A DNA stretch of 64,000 nucleotides from Pristiophorus japonicus. Its lineage: Eukaryota. A program made the position numbers and the translations under genes. How positions within the stretch are numbered: position 1 is the stretch's first letter; every line of letters begins with the position of its first letter. The notes under the pieces were generated by a model. The model saw only the letters and a list, made by a program, of their open reading frames with translations. It was not told where the DNA came from and did not search any database. This document shows, piece by piece, positions 24,201-37,014 of this stretch. Location of the stretch: NCBI RefSeq assembly GCF_044704955.1, contig NC_091981.1, positions 226,238,001 to 226,302,000 of the forward strand. The letters are read 5' to 3'.

Positions 24201-27200
24201 TTTAGAACTCAGCAGAGGAGGACAAAGGGTTTGATCAGGGCAGAGAAAATAGAGTACGAGAGGAAGCTTGCAGGGAACATTAAGACGGACTGCAAAAGCT
24301 TCTATAGATATGTAAAGAGAAAAAGGTTAGTAAAGACAAACGTAGGTCCCCTGCAGTCAGAATCAGGGGAAGTCATAATGGGGAACAAAGAAATGGCAGA
24401 CCAATTGAACAAGTACTTTGGTTCGGTATTCACTAAGGAGGACACAAACAACCTTCCGGATATAAAAGGGGTCAGAGGGTCTAGTAAGAAGGATGAACTG
24501 AGGAAAATCCTTATTAGTCGGGAAATTGTGTTGGGGAAATTGATGGACTTGAAGGCCGATTAAATCCCCAGGGCCTGATGGACTGCATCCCAGAGTACTT
24601 AAGGATGTGGCCTTGGAAATAGCGGATGCATTGACAGTCATTTTCCAATATTCCATAGAATCTGGATCAGTTCCTATGGAGTGGAGGGTAGCCAATGTAA
24701 CCCCACTTTTTAAAAAAGGAGGGAGAAAACAGGAATTATCGACCAGTCAGCCTGACATTGGTAGTGGGTAAAATGATGGAATCAATTATTAAGGATGTCA
24801 TAGCAGTGCATTTGGAAAGAGGTGACATGATAGGTCCAAGTCAGCATGGATTTGTGAAAGGGAAATCATGCTTGACAAATCTTCTGGAATTTTTTGAGGA
24901 TGTTTCCAGTAGAGTGGATAAGGGAGAACCAGTTGATGTGGTGTATTTGGACTTTCAGAAGGCTTTCGACAAGGTCCCACACAAGAGATTAATGTGCAAA
25001 GTTAAAGCACATGGGATTCGGGGTAGTGTGCTGATGTGGATTGAGAACTGGTTGGCAGACAGGAAGCAAAGAGTCGGAGTAAATGGGTACTTTTCAGAAT
25101 GGCAGTGACTAGTGGGGTACCGCAAGGTTCTGTGCTGGGGCCCCAGCTGTTTACATTGTACATTAATGATTTAGACGAGGGGATTAAATGTAGTGTCTCC
25201 AAGTTTGCAGATGACACTAAGTTGGGTGGCAGTGTGAGCTGCGAGGAGGATGCTATGAGGCTGCAGAGTGACTTGGATAGGTTAGATGAGTGTGCAAATG
25301 CATGGCAGATGAAGTATAATGTGGATAAATGTGAGGTTATCCACTTTGGCGGTAAAAACAGAGAGACAGATTAGGAAAAGGGAAGGTGCAATGAGACCTG
25401 GGTGTCATGGTACATCAGTCATTGAAGGTTGGCATGCAGGTACAGCAGGCGGTTAAGAAAGCAAATGGCATGTTGGCCTTCATAGCGAGGGGATTTGAGT
25501 ACAAGGGCAGGGAGGTCTTACTACAGTTATACGGGGCCTTGGTGAGGCCACACCTGGAGTATTGTGTACAGTTTTGGTCTCCTAACCTGAGGAAGGACAT
25601 TCTTGCTATTGAGGGAGTGCAGCGAAGGTTCACCAGACTGATTCCCGGGATGGCGTGACTTACATATCAAGAAAGACTGGATCAACTGGGCTTGTATTCA
25701 CTGGAGTTCAGAAGAATGAGAGGGGATCTCATAGAAACGTTTAAAATTCTGATGGGTTTCGAGAGGTTAGATGCAGGAAGAATGTTCCCAATGTTGGGGA
25801 AGTCCAGAACCAAGGGTCACAGTCTAAGGATAAGGGGTAAGCTGTTTAGGACCGAGATGAGGAGAAACTTCTTCACCCAGAGAGTAGTGAACCTGTGGAA
25901 TTCTCTACCACAGAAAGTTGTTGAGGCCAATTCACTAAATATATTCAAAAAGGAGTTAGATGTAGTCCTTACTACTCGGGGGATCAAGGGGTATGGCGAG
26001 AAAGCAGGAATGGGGTACTGAAGTTGCATGTTCAGCCATGACCTCATTGAATGGCGATGCAGGCTCAAAGGGCCGAATGGACTACTGCACCTATTTTCTA
26101 TGTTTCTATATTCTGCCTTTGTGTTTTTGCCACCAAAATGGATAATCTCACGTTTATCCACATTATACTGCATCTGCCACGTGTTTTCCCACTCACCTAA
26201 CCTGTCCAAGTCACCCTGCAGCCTTTTAGTGTCCTCCTCACAGCTCACACTGCCACCCAGTGTTATCTGCAAACTTGGAGATATTACACTCAATTCCCTC
26301 CTCCAAATCATTAATGTATATTGTAAATAGCTGGGGTCCCAGCACTGAGCCCTGCAGCACCCCACTAGTCACTGCCTGCCACTCTGAAAAGGACCCGTTT
26401 ATCCCAACTCTCTGCTTCCTGTCTGCCAACCAGTTCTCTATCCACGTCAGTACATTACCCCCAATACTATGTGCTCTAATTTTGTACACCAATCTCTTGT
26501 GTGGGACCTTGTCAAAAACCTTTTGAAAGTCCAAATACACCACATCCACTAGTTCTCCCTTGTCCACTCTACCAGTTACATCCTCAAAAAATTGAAGAAG
26601 ATTTGTCAAGCAGGATTTCCCTTTCATAAATCCATACTGATTTGGACCAATCCCGTCACTGCTTTCCAAATGTTCTGCTATTTCATTTTTAATAATTGAT
26701 TCCAACATTTTGCCCACTACTGATGTCAGGCTAACCGGCCTATACTTACCCATTTTCTCTCTTCCTTCCTTTCTTAAAAAGTGGTGTGACATTAGCTATC
26801 TTCCAGTCCAGAGGAACCGATCCAGAGTCGATAGACTGTTGGAAAATGATCACCAATGCATCCACTATTTCTAGGGCTACTTCCTTAAGTATTCTGGGAT
26901 GCAGACTATCAAGCCCCGGGGATTTATCGACCTTCAATCCCATCAATTTCCCTTACACAATTTCCTGATAAGGATTTCCTTCAGTTCCTCCTCCTCACGA
27001 GACCCTTGGTCCCCTAGTATTTCCGGAAGGTTATTTGTGTCTTCCTTCGTGAAGAGAGAAACAAAGTATTTGTTTAATTGGTCTGCCATTTCTTTGTTCC
27101 CCATTATAAATTCACCTGAATCTGACTGCAAGGGACCTATGTTTGTTTTAATAATCTTTTCTTTTCACATTTTCTATAGTAGCTTTTGCAGTCAATTTTT

Positions 27201-29183
27201 ATGTTCCCAGCAATCTTCCACTCATACTCTATTTTCCCCCTCCTAATTAAATCCTTTGTCCTCTGCTGTATTACAAAATTCTCCCAGTCCTCAGGTTTGC
27301 TGCTTTTCCTGGCCAATTTTTATGCCTCTTCCTTGGATTTAATACTCTCCTTAGTTTCCCTTGTTAGCCACGATTGAGCCACCTTTCCCGTTTTATTTTT
27401 ACTCTAGATAGGGATGTACAATTGTTGAAGTTCATCCATGTGATCTTTAAATGTTTGCCATTGCCTATCCACCGTCAACCCTTTAAGTATCACTCGCCAG
27501 TCTATTCTAGCCAATTCATGTCTCATACCATCGAAGTTACCTTTCCTTAAGTTCAGGACCCTAGTTTCTGAATTAACTGTGTCACTCTCCATCTTAATAA
27601 AAAATTCTACCATATTATGGTCACTCTTCCCCAAGAGGCCTCGCACAACAAGATTGTTAGTTAGACCTTTCTCATTGCACATCACCCAGTCGAGGATTGC
27701 CAGCCCTCTAGTTGGTTACTCGACATATTGGTCTAGAAAACCATCCCTATTACACTCCAGGAAATCCTCCTCCACCGCATTGCTACCAGTTTGATTAGCC
27801 CAATCAATATGTAGATAAAGTCGCCCATGATAACTGCTGTATCTTTATTGCACACATCCCTAATTTCTTGTTTGATGCTGATCCCAACCTCACTACTACT
27901 GTTTAGTGATCTGTAAACAACTCCCATTAGCATTTTCTGCCCTTTGATATTCCATAGCTCCACCCACACCAATTCCACATCAACCATGCTAATGTCTCTC
28001 CTTACTATTGCATTAATATCCTCTTTCACCAGCAATGCCACCCCACCTCCTTTTACGTTCTGTCTATCCTTCCTAAATGTTGAATACCCCTGGATGTTGA
28101 GTTCCCAGCCTTGGTCACCCTGGAGCCATGTCTCCGTGATTCCAATTACATCATATCCGTTAACTGCTATCTGCACAGTTAATTCATCCACCTTATTCCG
28201 AATATTCCTTGCATTGAGGCACAGAGCCTTCAGGCTTTTTTTTTTTAAACACACTTTCCCCCTTTAGAAATTTGCAGTAATGTGGCCCTTTTTGCATTTT
28301 CCCTTGGGTTTCTCTGCCCTCCACTTTTACTTTTCTTCTTTCTATCTTTAACTTCTGCCCCCATTCTAATTCCCTCTGTCTTCCCGCATAGGTTCCCATC
28401 CCCCTGCTGTATTAATTTAACACCTCCCCAACAGCAATAGCAAACACTCCCCCTAGGACATTGGTTCCAGTCCTGCCCAGGTGCAGACCGTCCAGTTTGT
28501 ACTGGTCCCACCTCCCCCAGAACCGTTCTAATGTCCCAGGAATTTGAATCCCTCCCTTCGTCACCACTCCTCAAGCCACGTACTCATCTGAGCTATCCTG
28601 CGATTCCTACTCTGACTAGCACATGGCACTGGTAGCAATCCTGAGATTACTACTTTTGAGGTCCTACTTTTTAATTTAGCTCCTAGCTCCCTAAATTCAT
28701 CATGTAGGACCTCATCCCGTTTTTTACCTATATAGTTGGTACTTATATTCACCGCGACAACTGGCTGTTCACCCTCCCTCTTCAAAATGTCCTGCACCCG
28801 CTCCGAGACATCCTTGACTCTTGCACCAGGGAGGCAACATACCATCCTGGAGTCTCAGTTGCGGCCGCAGAAACGTCTACCTATTCCCCTTATAATAGAA
28901 TCCCCTATCACTATAGCTCTCCCACTCTTTCCTGCCCTCCTGTGCAGCGGAGCCACCCATGGTGCCATGAACTTGGCTGCTGCTCCTCTCCCCTGATGAG
29001 TCATCCCCCTCAACAGTACCCAAAGTAGTGTATCAGTTTTGCAGGGGGTTGACCGCAGGGGACCCTTGCACTACCTTCCTTCCATTGTTCTTCTTGGTCA
29101 CCCATCCCCTGTCTGGTGTACCCTTTACCTGCGGTTTGGCCAACTCACTAAACGTGCTATTCACGACATCCTCAGCATCCTCA
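21287..29183 (-). mobile_element. CR1-A: near full-length CR1 (ORF1 esterase, APE endonuclease, RT), split by CR1-B; segments 21287-22032 and 26110-29183
   Basis: Tail complement (CATAGAAA)n at 21287; RT ORF 26238-26792; endonuclease ORF 27733-28254 (LCLNARNIRNK, GITETWL, VIMGDF); ORF1 28561-28845 (CCLPGARVKDV); possible TSD GTAT. Confidence 0.93.
22033..26109 (+). mobile_element. CR1-B: essentially full-length CR1 with ORF1 (zinc finger/leucine zipper plus SGNH esterase) and ORF2 (APE-RT), disrupted by frameshifts
   Basis: ORF1 ATG at 22157 (MAGELRPVSCSSCAM..YVCRKCVQL; IGDS; VHVETND); endonuclease 23287-23793; RT 24758-25374 (FADD); (TTTCTATG)n tail ending ~26109. Confidence 0.95.
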
Positions 29184-29187
29184 GTAT

Positions 29188-29802
29188 GGGCCGTGAATTT
29201 ATTCCTGATGATGGGAGAGAAGGTTAGGCTGGATTTTCCGCTCATTTGTACTCCAATTTGCACCCCGGAGCAGCGTGAAAGGTGGTGGCGATGAGGTGTC
29301 CAGCACACCGCCACTGATGCCCTGGTCGAGTTTTGCGGTGGCGCTGAACGGCACTGCCATGAAGAGCTGCGTGGGTGTGCAATGACCCTGGTTGCGACAC
29401 CAGCGTGAGCTTGAGCTCCTGCCTGGAAGTGCGGCCGCAATAACCACCTGGGAAACCAGCCATGCCGGCAGTAGAGAGGAAGGTACAAAAGTAACCGCGA
29501 GTGTTTTTTATTTTTACTTTATGATGTCGTGGCATGGGCAATGTTTTAGGAATGTTTTTGTGGCTTTTTAAAAGTTTTTTCTCCCCCCTGCCACCCCCAG
29601 GTCTATCTCGGAGCGCTCACGGCCCAGCTCTTTAGCTGGAAGTTTCCCTTCTTTGTGCCATGAGAGGTATACAGCGCCTTCCCCTGACGCAGGGCCCAGG
29701 TGCCCAGACTTGCATACTAAAGCGCAGACTATTCCCAGCCGCTATCTTTCTTGCCCTGTACCATTATCGACCCGAAAACAGAACAGCCGAGAGTCCAGCC
29801 CC
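29188..29802. mobile_element. GC/CpG-rich non-autonomous DNA element segment, probably the right part of 20823-21286
   Basis: CpG-rich, non-coding, ends ...GAGTCCAGCCCC like GGG-terminated TIR elements. Confidence 0.4.
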
Positions 29803-29804
29803 TA

Positions 29805-30340
29805 CAGTTTGCTGCATTTTAAGCTGATATCTGGTGAACTTGGAGTGGTCAAGGAGGGTAGGGAAGCTGGAGGAGGCTAGTGTCAGGTGTATGGATCGTG
29901 GGAGGAGATGGCTTCTAATTGAGAATGAAGTTTGAGATTTCCCTTACATTCCAAAATGATGCTTAAATAATGATGTGATTTGACATAATGCAAGAGAGGC
30001 ACTATTTTTCCAGGTGATTAAGCCTGGTGGTCATTGGCCAGGTTGATCATGCACCAAACATACCTGAGCATGTAGCTCCTGAATTTGAGGATATGAAGGT
30101 GAGTAGTGGGAGATTGCGGGGTGTTCTGGTGCAAAGTGGAGAAAGGTGAGATGAAGGTGAGCTCAGTGGATGATGGTGGAGGGATTGGGTGGACAGGAGC
30201 ATGTGGATAGTGTGGGAGAATGAAGAAGTGGTTAGAGATGGTCTTGTCACGTGTTAGAAACCTTAGAAGTGGTGAGCTTGAGGGGAAGGCATGGATATTG
30301 CTGAGGTTGATTGACCACATGAGAGCAGAAAGACTCCAAG
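29805..30340 (-). mobile_element. Old L2-like LINE fragment
   Basis: Purine-rich decayed sequence typical of antisense L2 ORF2. Confidence 0.35.
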
Positions 30341-30344
30341 AGAA

Positions 30345-32306
30345 GGATGAACCATCCGTGGCTAACCAAGGAAGTTAAGGATGGTATCAAATTAAAATCA
30401 AAGGCATACAATGTTGTGAAGATTAGTGATAGGCCAGAGGATTGGGAAAGTTTTTAAAACCAGCAAAGGACAACTAATAAAATAATAAAGAAAGAGAAGA
30501 TAGATTGAGAGTAAACTAGCAAGAAATATAAAAACAGAAAGTATATAAAAAGGAAGAGAGTAGTTAAAGTAAATGTTGGTCCATTAGAAGATGAGACTGG
30601 GGAATTAATAATGGGAAACCGGGAAATGGCAGAGACTTTGAACAAATATTTTGTATCGGTCTTCACGGTAGAAGACACTAAAAGCATCCCAATAATTGAT
30701 AATCAAGGGACTATTGGGAGGGAGGAACTTACAACAATCAGTATCACTAAAGAAAAAGTACTAGGCAAACTAATGGGACTAAAGGTGGACAAGTCCCATG
30801 GACCTGATCGCCTGCATCCTAGGGTATTAAAAGAAGTGACTGCAGAGATAGTGGATTCATTGGTTGTAATCTACAAAAGTTCCCTGGATTCTGGAGAGGT
30901 CCCAGGGGATTGGAAAACCGCAAATGTAATGCCCCTATTCGAGAAAGGAGGGAGACAGAAAGCAGGAAACTATAGACCAGTTAGCCTAACATCTGTCATT
31001 GGAAAAATGTTGGAGTCCATTATTAAGGAAGTAATAGCAGGACATTTAGAAAATCATAATGCAGTCAAGCAGATTCAGCATGGTTTTATGAAAGGGAAAT
31101 CATGTTTGACAAATTTGCTTGAGTTTTCTGAGGATATAACAAGCAGCGTGGACAAAGGGAAACTAGTAGATGTAGTGTATTTGGATTTCCAGAAGGCATT
31201 TGACAAGGTGCCACATAAAAGGTTACTGCACAAGATAAAAGTTCACTGGGTTGGCAATAATTTATTAGCATGGATAGAGGATTGGCTAACTAACAGAAAA
31301 CAAAGTCAGGATAAATGGGTCCTTTTCAGGTTGGATCAATGCTCGGGCCTCAACTATTCACAATCTATATTAATGATTTGAATGAAGGGACTGAGTGTAA
31401 TGTAGCCAAATTTGCTGCTGATACAAAGATAGGTGGGAAAGCAAGTTTTGAAGAGGATACACAGAATCTGCAAAAGGATATAGATAGGTTAAATGAGTGG
31501 GCAAAAATTTGGCAGATGAAATATAATGTGGGAAAATGTGAGGTTATCCACTTTGGTAGGAAGAATTAAAAAGCTAATTATTACTTAAATGGAGAGAGAT
31601 GACAAAATGCTGCAGTACAGAGGGATGTGGGGGTCCTTGTACATGAAACACTAAAATTTAGTATGCAGGTACAGCAAGTAATTAGGAAGGCAAATGGAAT
31701 GTTGGCCTTTGTTGCAAAGGGGATGGAGTATAAAAGTAGGGATGTCTTGCTACAACTGTACAGGGTGTTGGTGAGAACACACCTGGAGTACTGCGTACAG
31801 TTTTGGTCTCCTTATTTAAGGAGGGATATACTTGCATTGGAGGTAATTCAGAGAAGGTTCACTAGATTGATTCCTGAGATGAAGGGTTTGTCTTATGAAG
31901 AAAGGTTGGGCCTATACTCATTGGCATTTAGAAGAATGAGGGGTGATCTTGTTGAAACATTGAAGATTCTGAGGGGGCTCGATAGGGTAGATGCAGTGAG
32001 GATATTTCCCCTTGTGGGAGAATCTAGAACTAGTGGGCATAGTTTCAGAATAAGGGGTTGCCCATTTAAAATGGAGATGACGAGGAATTTCTTCACTCAG
32101 AGGGTCGTGAATTTTTGGAATTCTCTACCCCAGAGAGCTGTATTTAAATATATTTAAGTGGAGATAGACAGTTTTTAACTATAGGGGAGTCGAGGGTTAT
32201 GGGGAGCGGGAAGGAACATGGAATTGAGGCCAAGACCAGATCAGCCATGATCTTACTGAAGGGGGTCAAATGGCCTACTCCTGCTCTTATTTCTTATGTT
32301 CTTATG
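30345..32306 (+). mobile_element. 5'-truncated CR1 LINE
   Basis: ORFs 30611-31381, 31315-31569 and 31627-32157 carry CR1 RT motifs; (TTCTTATG)n tail at ~32291-32306. Confidence 0.95.
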
Positions 32307-32449
32307 TAATAATCAAGGCAAACATTTGGGGTGTTGGTGGCAATCACTGAACAATCTACAAGAGTTATATTTGTCATGAGCCCTATTTTTAACAGCATGG
32401 TTTGTTGTGGGATGATGATTTAATTATCCCACCGTTTAATTTGTTGTAG

Positions 32450-32715
32450 TTAACAGATATTCTAGTGAATGAAGTTCTCCATGGAGCTGATGGAACTGAC
32501 ATCAAATGTGGCGTGATCGGAGAAATTGGCTGCTCTTGGCCAATGATGGAGAGTGAGAAAAAAGTTCTTCAAGCCACTGCTGAGGCACAGGTACAGCTTG
32601 GCTGCCCTGTCATCATTCACCCAGGCAGAAAATGTGACTCACCTTTCCAGATCATCCGAATACTACAAGAGGCTGGGGCTGACATCTCTAAAACAGTCAT
32701 GTCCCATCTAGACCG
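32450..32715 (+). CDS. PTER: Phosphotriesterase-related protein (N-acetyltaurine hydrolase), internal coding exon, 266 bp
   Basis: TAG acceptor at 32447-32449; [31 protein letters not shown]...IIHPGR...VMSHLDR; donor GTAAG at 32716; contains the metal-ligand motifs GEIG, IHPG and SHLD. Confidence 0.96.
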
Positions 32716-33379
32716 GTAAGTGGAGAATATTGTCGAAGAGCATAGCTTATGTCCAAAACTGTTTCTTCAAATTACATTTATTCAATGAGGTGGGTTTATG
32801 GAAGAAAATTAAGATTTGACTGGCTTGACATTGTCCAAATTATACAACTAACTACGAAAGGAGAGTAATTTAAAAAGTCAATATATTTGGGTAAGTGGGA
32901 TCAAAACAACAGAGGAATGATTATTTGTGAAGCTGATACAATGTAATGGCAATATATTTAGTGCTTCAGTTTCTGTGTGTCCTCTTTGGACAGGTATAAT
33001 AAAGTACATGAAATATTTTTGCCTTATTCTGTACACAACTATATAATTCTAGCAACTCCAGATTTATGCTGTGATTATAAGGTGGTGCTTAAGATGGTAC
33101 ATAAGATGGTATGTAGCTTGCATGTTAGAAAGTGCACTATGCTTCACAATCTTTCCAGAAATAGAAACTCAACTGGTGCTATTAATACATACCATTGGAT
33201 AGTGCTGCAGGAAGTTAGAATAACAAGTTTCAGTAGAAATAATAGCATGAATAGTTTTTTTGAAATTAGTACACCTAGTCTGTCATTTTTAATGCATGAC
33301 TAACAATTGAATATACAATGTAAATTGTATTAATTGAAGTATGATCAGTTTAGTGCTCATGCCTATCGAATAGGCAAAT

Positions 33380-33700
33380 GAACCAGTGGCAGAAGGGTCG
33401 ATAACCAGAGTGCACAGATTTAAGGCGATTGGCAAAAGGATCAGAGGCAACATAAGGAAATATTTTTAATACACTGAGTTGTGATCCGGAATGCACTGCC
33501 TGAAAGTGTGATGGAATGATGTGATTCAGTAGTAACGTTCAAAAGAGAATTGGTTAAATACTTGAAGGGGAAAAAAATTAGAGGGCTATGAGGAAAGAGC
33601 AGAGGAGTGGGATTAATTGGACAGCTCTACCAAAGAACCAGCACATGCTCAGTAGGCCGATTGGCCTCCATCTGTGCTGTATCATTCCATGATTCCATGA
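33380..33700 (+). mobile_element. Old CR1 3' fragment
   Basis: ACCAGAGTGCACAGATTTAAG...GGAATGCACTGCCTGAAAG...TTCCATGATTCCATGA tail. Confidence 0.7.
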
Positions 33701-33704
33701 TTAA

Positions 33705-34697
33705 TATATATCAAAAAGAGCAATGATCCCAAAAACAACCCCTGGGGTACAATATGCATTCTTGCCTCCAATCTGAAAAACAACCATTCACCACTGCTCT
33801 CTACTTTCTGTCCCTTAGCCAATTTTGTATCCACACAGTCCCTTTAATCCCATGGGTTTCAATTTCACTAATATATCTATAATATGGTATTTTATTCAAC
33901 GACTTTTGGAAGTCCATATACATCGCACTACCTTCATCCACCCTCCCTGTAACTTCATCAAAGAACCAATCAAGTTAATCAAACACTTTTATTTGCCTTT
34001 AACAAATTAGTGCTGGCTTTCATTTATTAACCCATATTTTTTCCAAGTGCCAATTAATTTTTCCCCCAGTTAATGTGTCTCAAAGTTTCCCTGCCACCAA
34101 TGGTAGGCTGACTGGCCTGTAATTGCCAGGTTTATCCCTCTCACCTTTTTTTGAACAATGGTGTAACATTTGTAATCCTCCAGACCACTGGCACCACTCC
34201 CATATCTCAAGAGGATAGGAAGGTTGTGGTCAGAGCCTCTGCAACTTCCATCCTTACTTCCCTCAGCATCCCATACAGACCAGATGACTTTCCTACTTTG
34301 AGCGCTGCCAACCTTTTAAGTATCTCTTTATTTTTATCCGTTTCAGTTTCTCTACTACCTCCTCCTCTACTGTGACATTGGCAGTATCCTGTTTAGTGAA
34401 GACAGATGCAAAGTACTTATTTAGTACCTCAGCCATGCCCTCTGCCTTCACAAGAAGACCTTTTTGGTCCCTAATCAGCCACACCTTCCTTCAACTTCCC
34501 TTTTACTATTTATACGTTTATAAAAGATCTTTGGGTTCCCCTTTATGTTGCACGCTTATCTATTCTCATACATTCTCTTTGCCTCTCATTTTCTTTTTCT
34601 GTTCTCCCCTGTACTTTTGATATTCAGCTTGGATCTCTACTGAATTATTAACCTAACATTTATCATAAACTTCCTTTTTCTGTTTCATTTTAATCTC
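33705..34697 (-). mobile_element. Old CR1 RT fragment
   Basis: ORF 34293-34484 (MAEVLNKYFASVFT) and antisense RT motifs. Confidence 0.75.
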
Positions 34698-35094
34698 TTG
34701 GGCCTAGAAAGTGGATACCGCTGGAAAACGGGCACAGGAACCTCAGTGCAAGATATGCCCATGCCCGTTCGAAAAGTGCAGGCAGCACGTCCGCTTCATG
34801 CTGCCTGCTAATTACCATGATTGCAGCGCACAGCCTAGTGCAGAACATGCTGCTGACAGACTGCACTCAACAGGGGACCAAAGTTTCCACTGCTGAAGTG
34901 AAGCTAGCTTTACTTAAAGCTAGCCTGCTCCTCTTCAATGCAGTCTGCAACTCTTAAAGCTGAGCTGCCTTCTGCAGATTAAAAAAATTAAATTGCTTCT
35001 GTACTAGGCAAACTGCACCTCTTAAAGGTAAACTGCCTTCTGCTGATCAAAAATGCTAAAAGTGCTTCAGCACTAACACAAATGGCTCAAAGGA

Positions 35095-35760
35095 TTCTCG
35101 GAGTACAAATACACAAATCATTAAAAGTAGCAACACAGGTTAATAAGGCCACTAAAAATCAAGAACCAAACACTAGGTTTTATTTCTAGAGATTAGACCA
35201 TACTTGGAGTTTTGAGTGCAATTCTGGTTGCCATATTATAAAAAGGATATAGATGCACTGGAGAAGGTGCAAAAAAGATTTACAAGGATGATACCAGAAA
35301 TGCAAGGGTATACCTATCAAGAAAGGTTGAACGGGCTGCGTCTCTTTTCTCTTGAAAAGAGAAGGTGGAGGGGTGACCTAATAGAAATCTTTAAAATCAT
35401 GAAAGGTTTTGATAGCATAGATACAGAGAGCGTGTTTCCACTTGTGGGAAAGAGCAAAACTAGAGGCCATCAATATAATATAGTCATCAAGAAATCAAAT
35501 AGGGAATTCAGAAGAAATTTCTTTACTCAGAGTGGTGAGAATGTGGAACTTGCTATCACAGCGAATGGTTGAAGCAAATAGTATAGATGCATTTAAGGGG
35601 AGGCTAGATAAGCATACGAGGGAGAAGGGAATAGAGGGTAATGCTGATAGTTAAATGAGGAAAGACAGGAAGAGGCTCGAGTGGAGCATAAATGCCAGCA
35701 TAGACTGGTTGAGCCAAATGGCCAGTTTCTGTGCTGTATATGCTATGTAATCTTATGTAA
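35095..35760 (+). mobile_element. CR1 3' fragment
   Basis: ORF 35216-35572 (QFWLPYYKKDIDALEKVQKRFTRMIP...RRNFFTQ); tail TATGTAATCTTATG. Confidence 0.85.
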
Positions 35761-35834
35761 AATGACAAAAGGTATGATTGTACAAGCAAAAGGAGATGGT
35801 AATGCTTTGTACTTTGTAAGCAAGCTTTGGCCCA

Positions 35835-36100
35835 TTCTGTTTTTAGATGGCATTGGTTAAGGGAGAAATGTTGGCCAGAACACTGGGTGAACTTCCTCAT
35901 CTTCTTTGATTAGTGCATGGGGCTTTAATAACATCACCTGCACCAACAGAACAATCAGACAGAATCTCATTTGCAGGACAGAACTTTCATCAATGTAGCA
36001 CTCCTTCAATATTACACTAGGAGTGTCCGCCTCGATAATGTGCTGAAGTCCTAGATTGGTGCCTTTTAAGCCACAACCTTTTGACCCAAGGGAGAGAGTG
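35835..36100 (-). mobile_element. DeuSINE-like SINE (Deu core plus tRNA-like head)
   Basis: GTAGCACTCCTTCAATATTACACTAGGAGTGTC.GCCT.GAT.ATGTGCT.AAGTC...CCACAACCTTTTGAC resembles the antisense Deu domain. Confidence 0.55.
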
Positions 36101-37014
36101 GTGCTTCATAATAAACTTAAATAATTCTAAGCATTTAACATTTCTAACTGAAATTTCAAATTAACTTACCTGTAACTGAAAGTTAAGTAGCCACAGACCA
36201 GACAGACAACTGGGAGAAATAACAAACTGGATTCATAAGCAGTCCAATGAATGAACAATAAGGGCAGCTTCTGAGGTCTACTTGATTCCCAACATTTTTA
36301 CCTGACGGAGATGTTTTAACTCTTTTCTCTTTGTCTTTTCACTGCCTGAGAAGATCTTTATAGATCATCCAATCACCTTTTACTTCCATTCAGTGTTTTA
36401 AAATAAATATTCACAGGAGATCTTTGTGATGGCAGTTAGCATACGCAATTCTACTTTTACCTATTGTTCCATATTCCCCAGTGGGTTTTGTTCAGTTATA
36501 TGAAGTGGATCACTTACCTCCTGGTTCTGATACAGCATTCTGTATCTAAGATGTTAACCCATTTCCCCTTTCTGATGCTAATAGATCTGCTGTGTATTTG
36601 TAACATTTTGCATTTTATTTCAGATTTCCAACAATTGCAGTTTTTTTTTCTTTTTATCTCTTCCTTTTGCCTCCATTTTCTTTTTAAATTGGTTCATGAG
36701 AATTGCTGTGAGGTGATCTAGTTTTTTTTTTTATTATTCCCCTTTAGGTCCAGCCTTTCCCTAGGTTAATGAAAGGACAAGTGGCCTATTCCTAGGCTTT
36801 TATCAAATAGCCATTATGAAGTGCATGAAAGATTGGGCTCATAAGATTTACTGCAAACTTTATTTTTCCATTTTGCTCCTGCCTGCCTCATCCTCCTGCC
36901 GCCTTCCCCCATCATCAATGGTTAAAGGACCTCATCTAATGGTGGCCATGGTACTTCATCCTACTAGTCTGTGACACACCATATTGGTACTCCCAGTGCA
37001 GTGTGCTACCAGAA

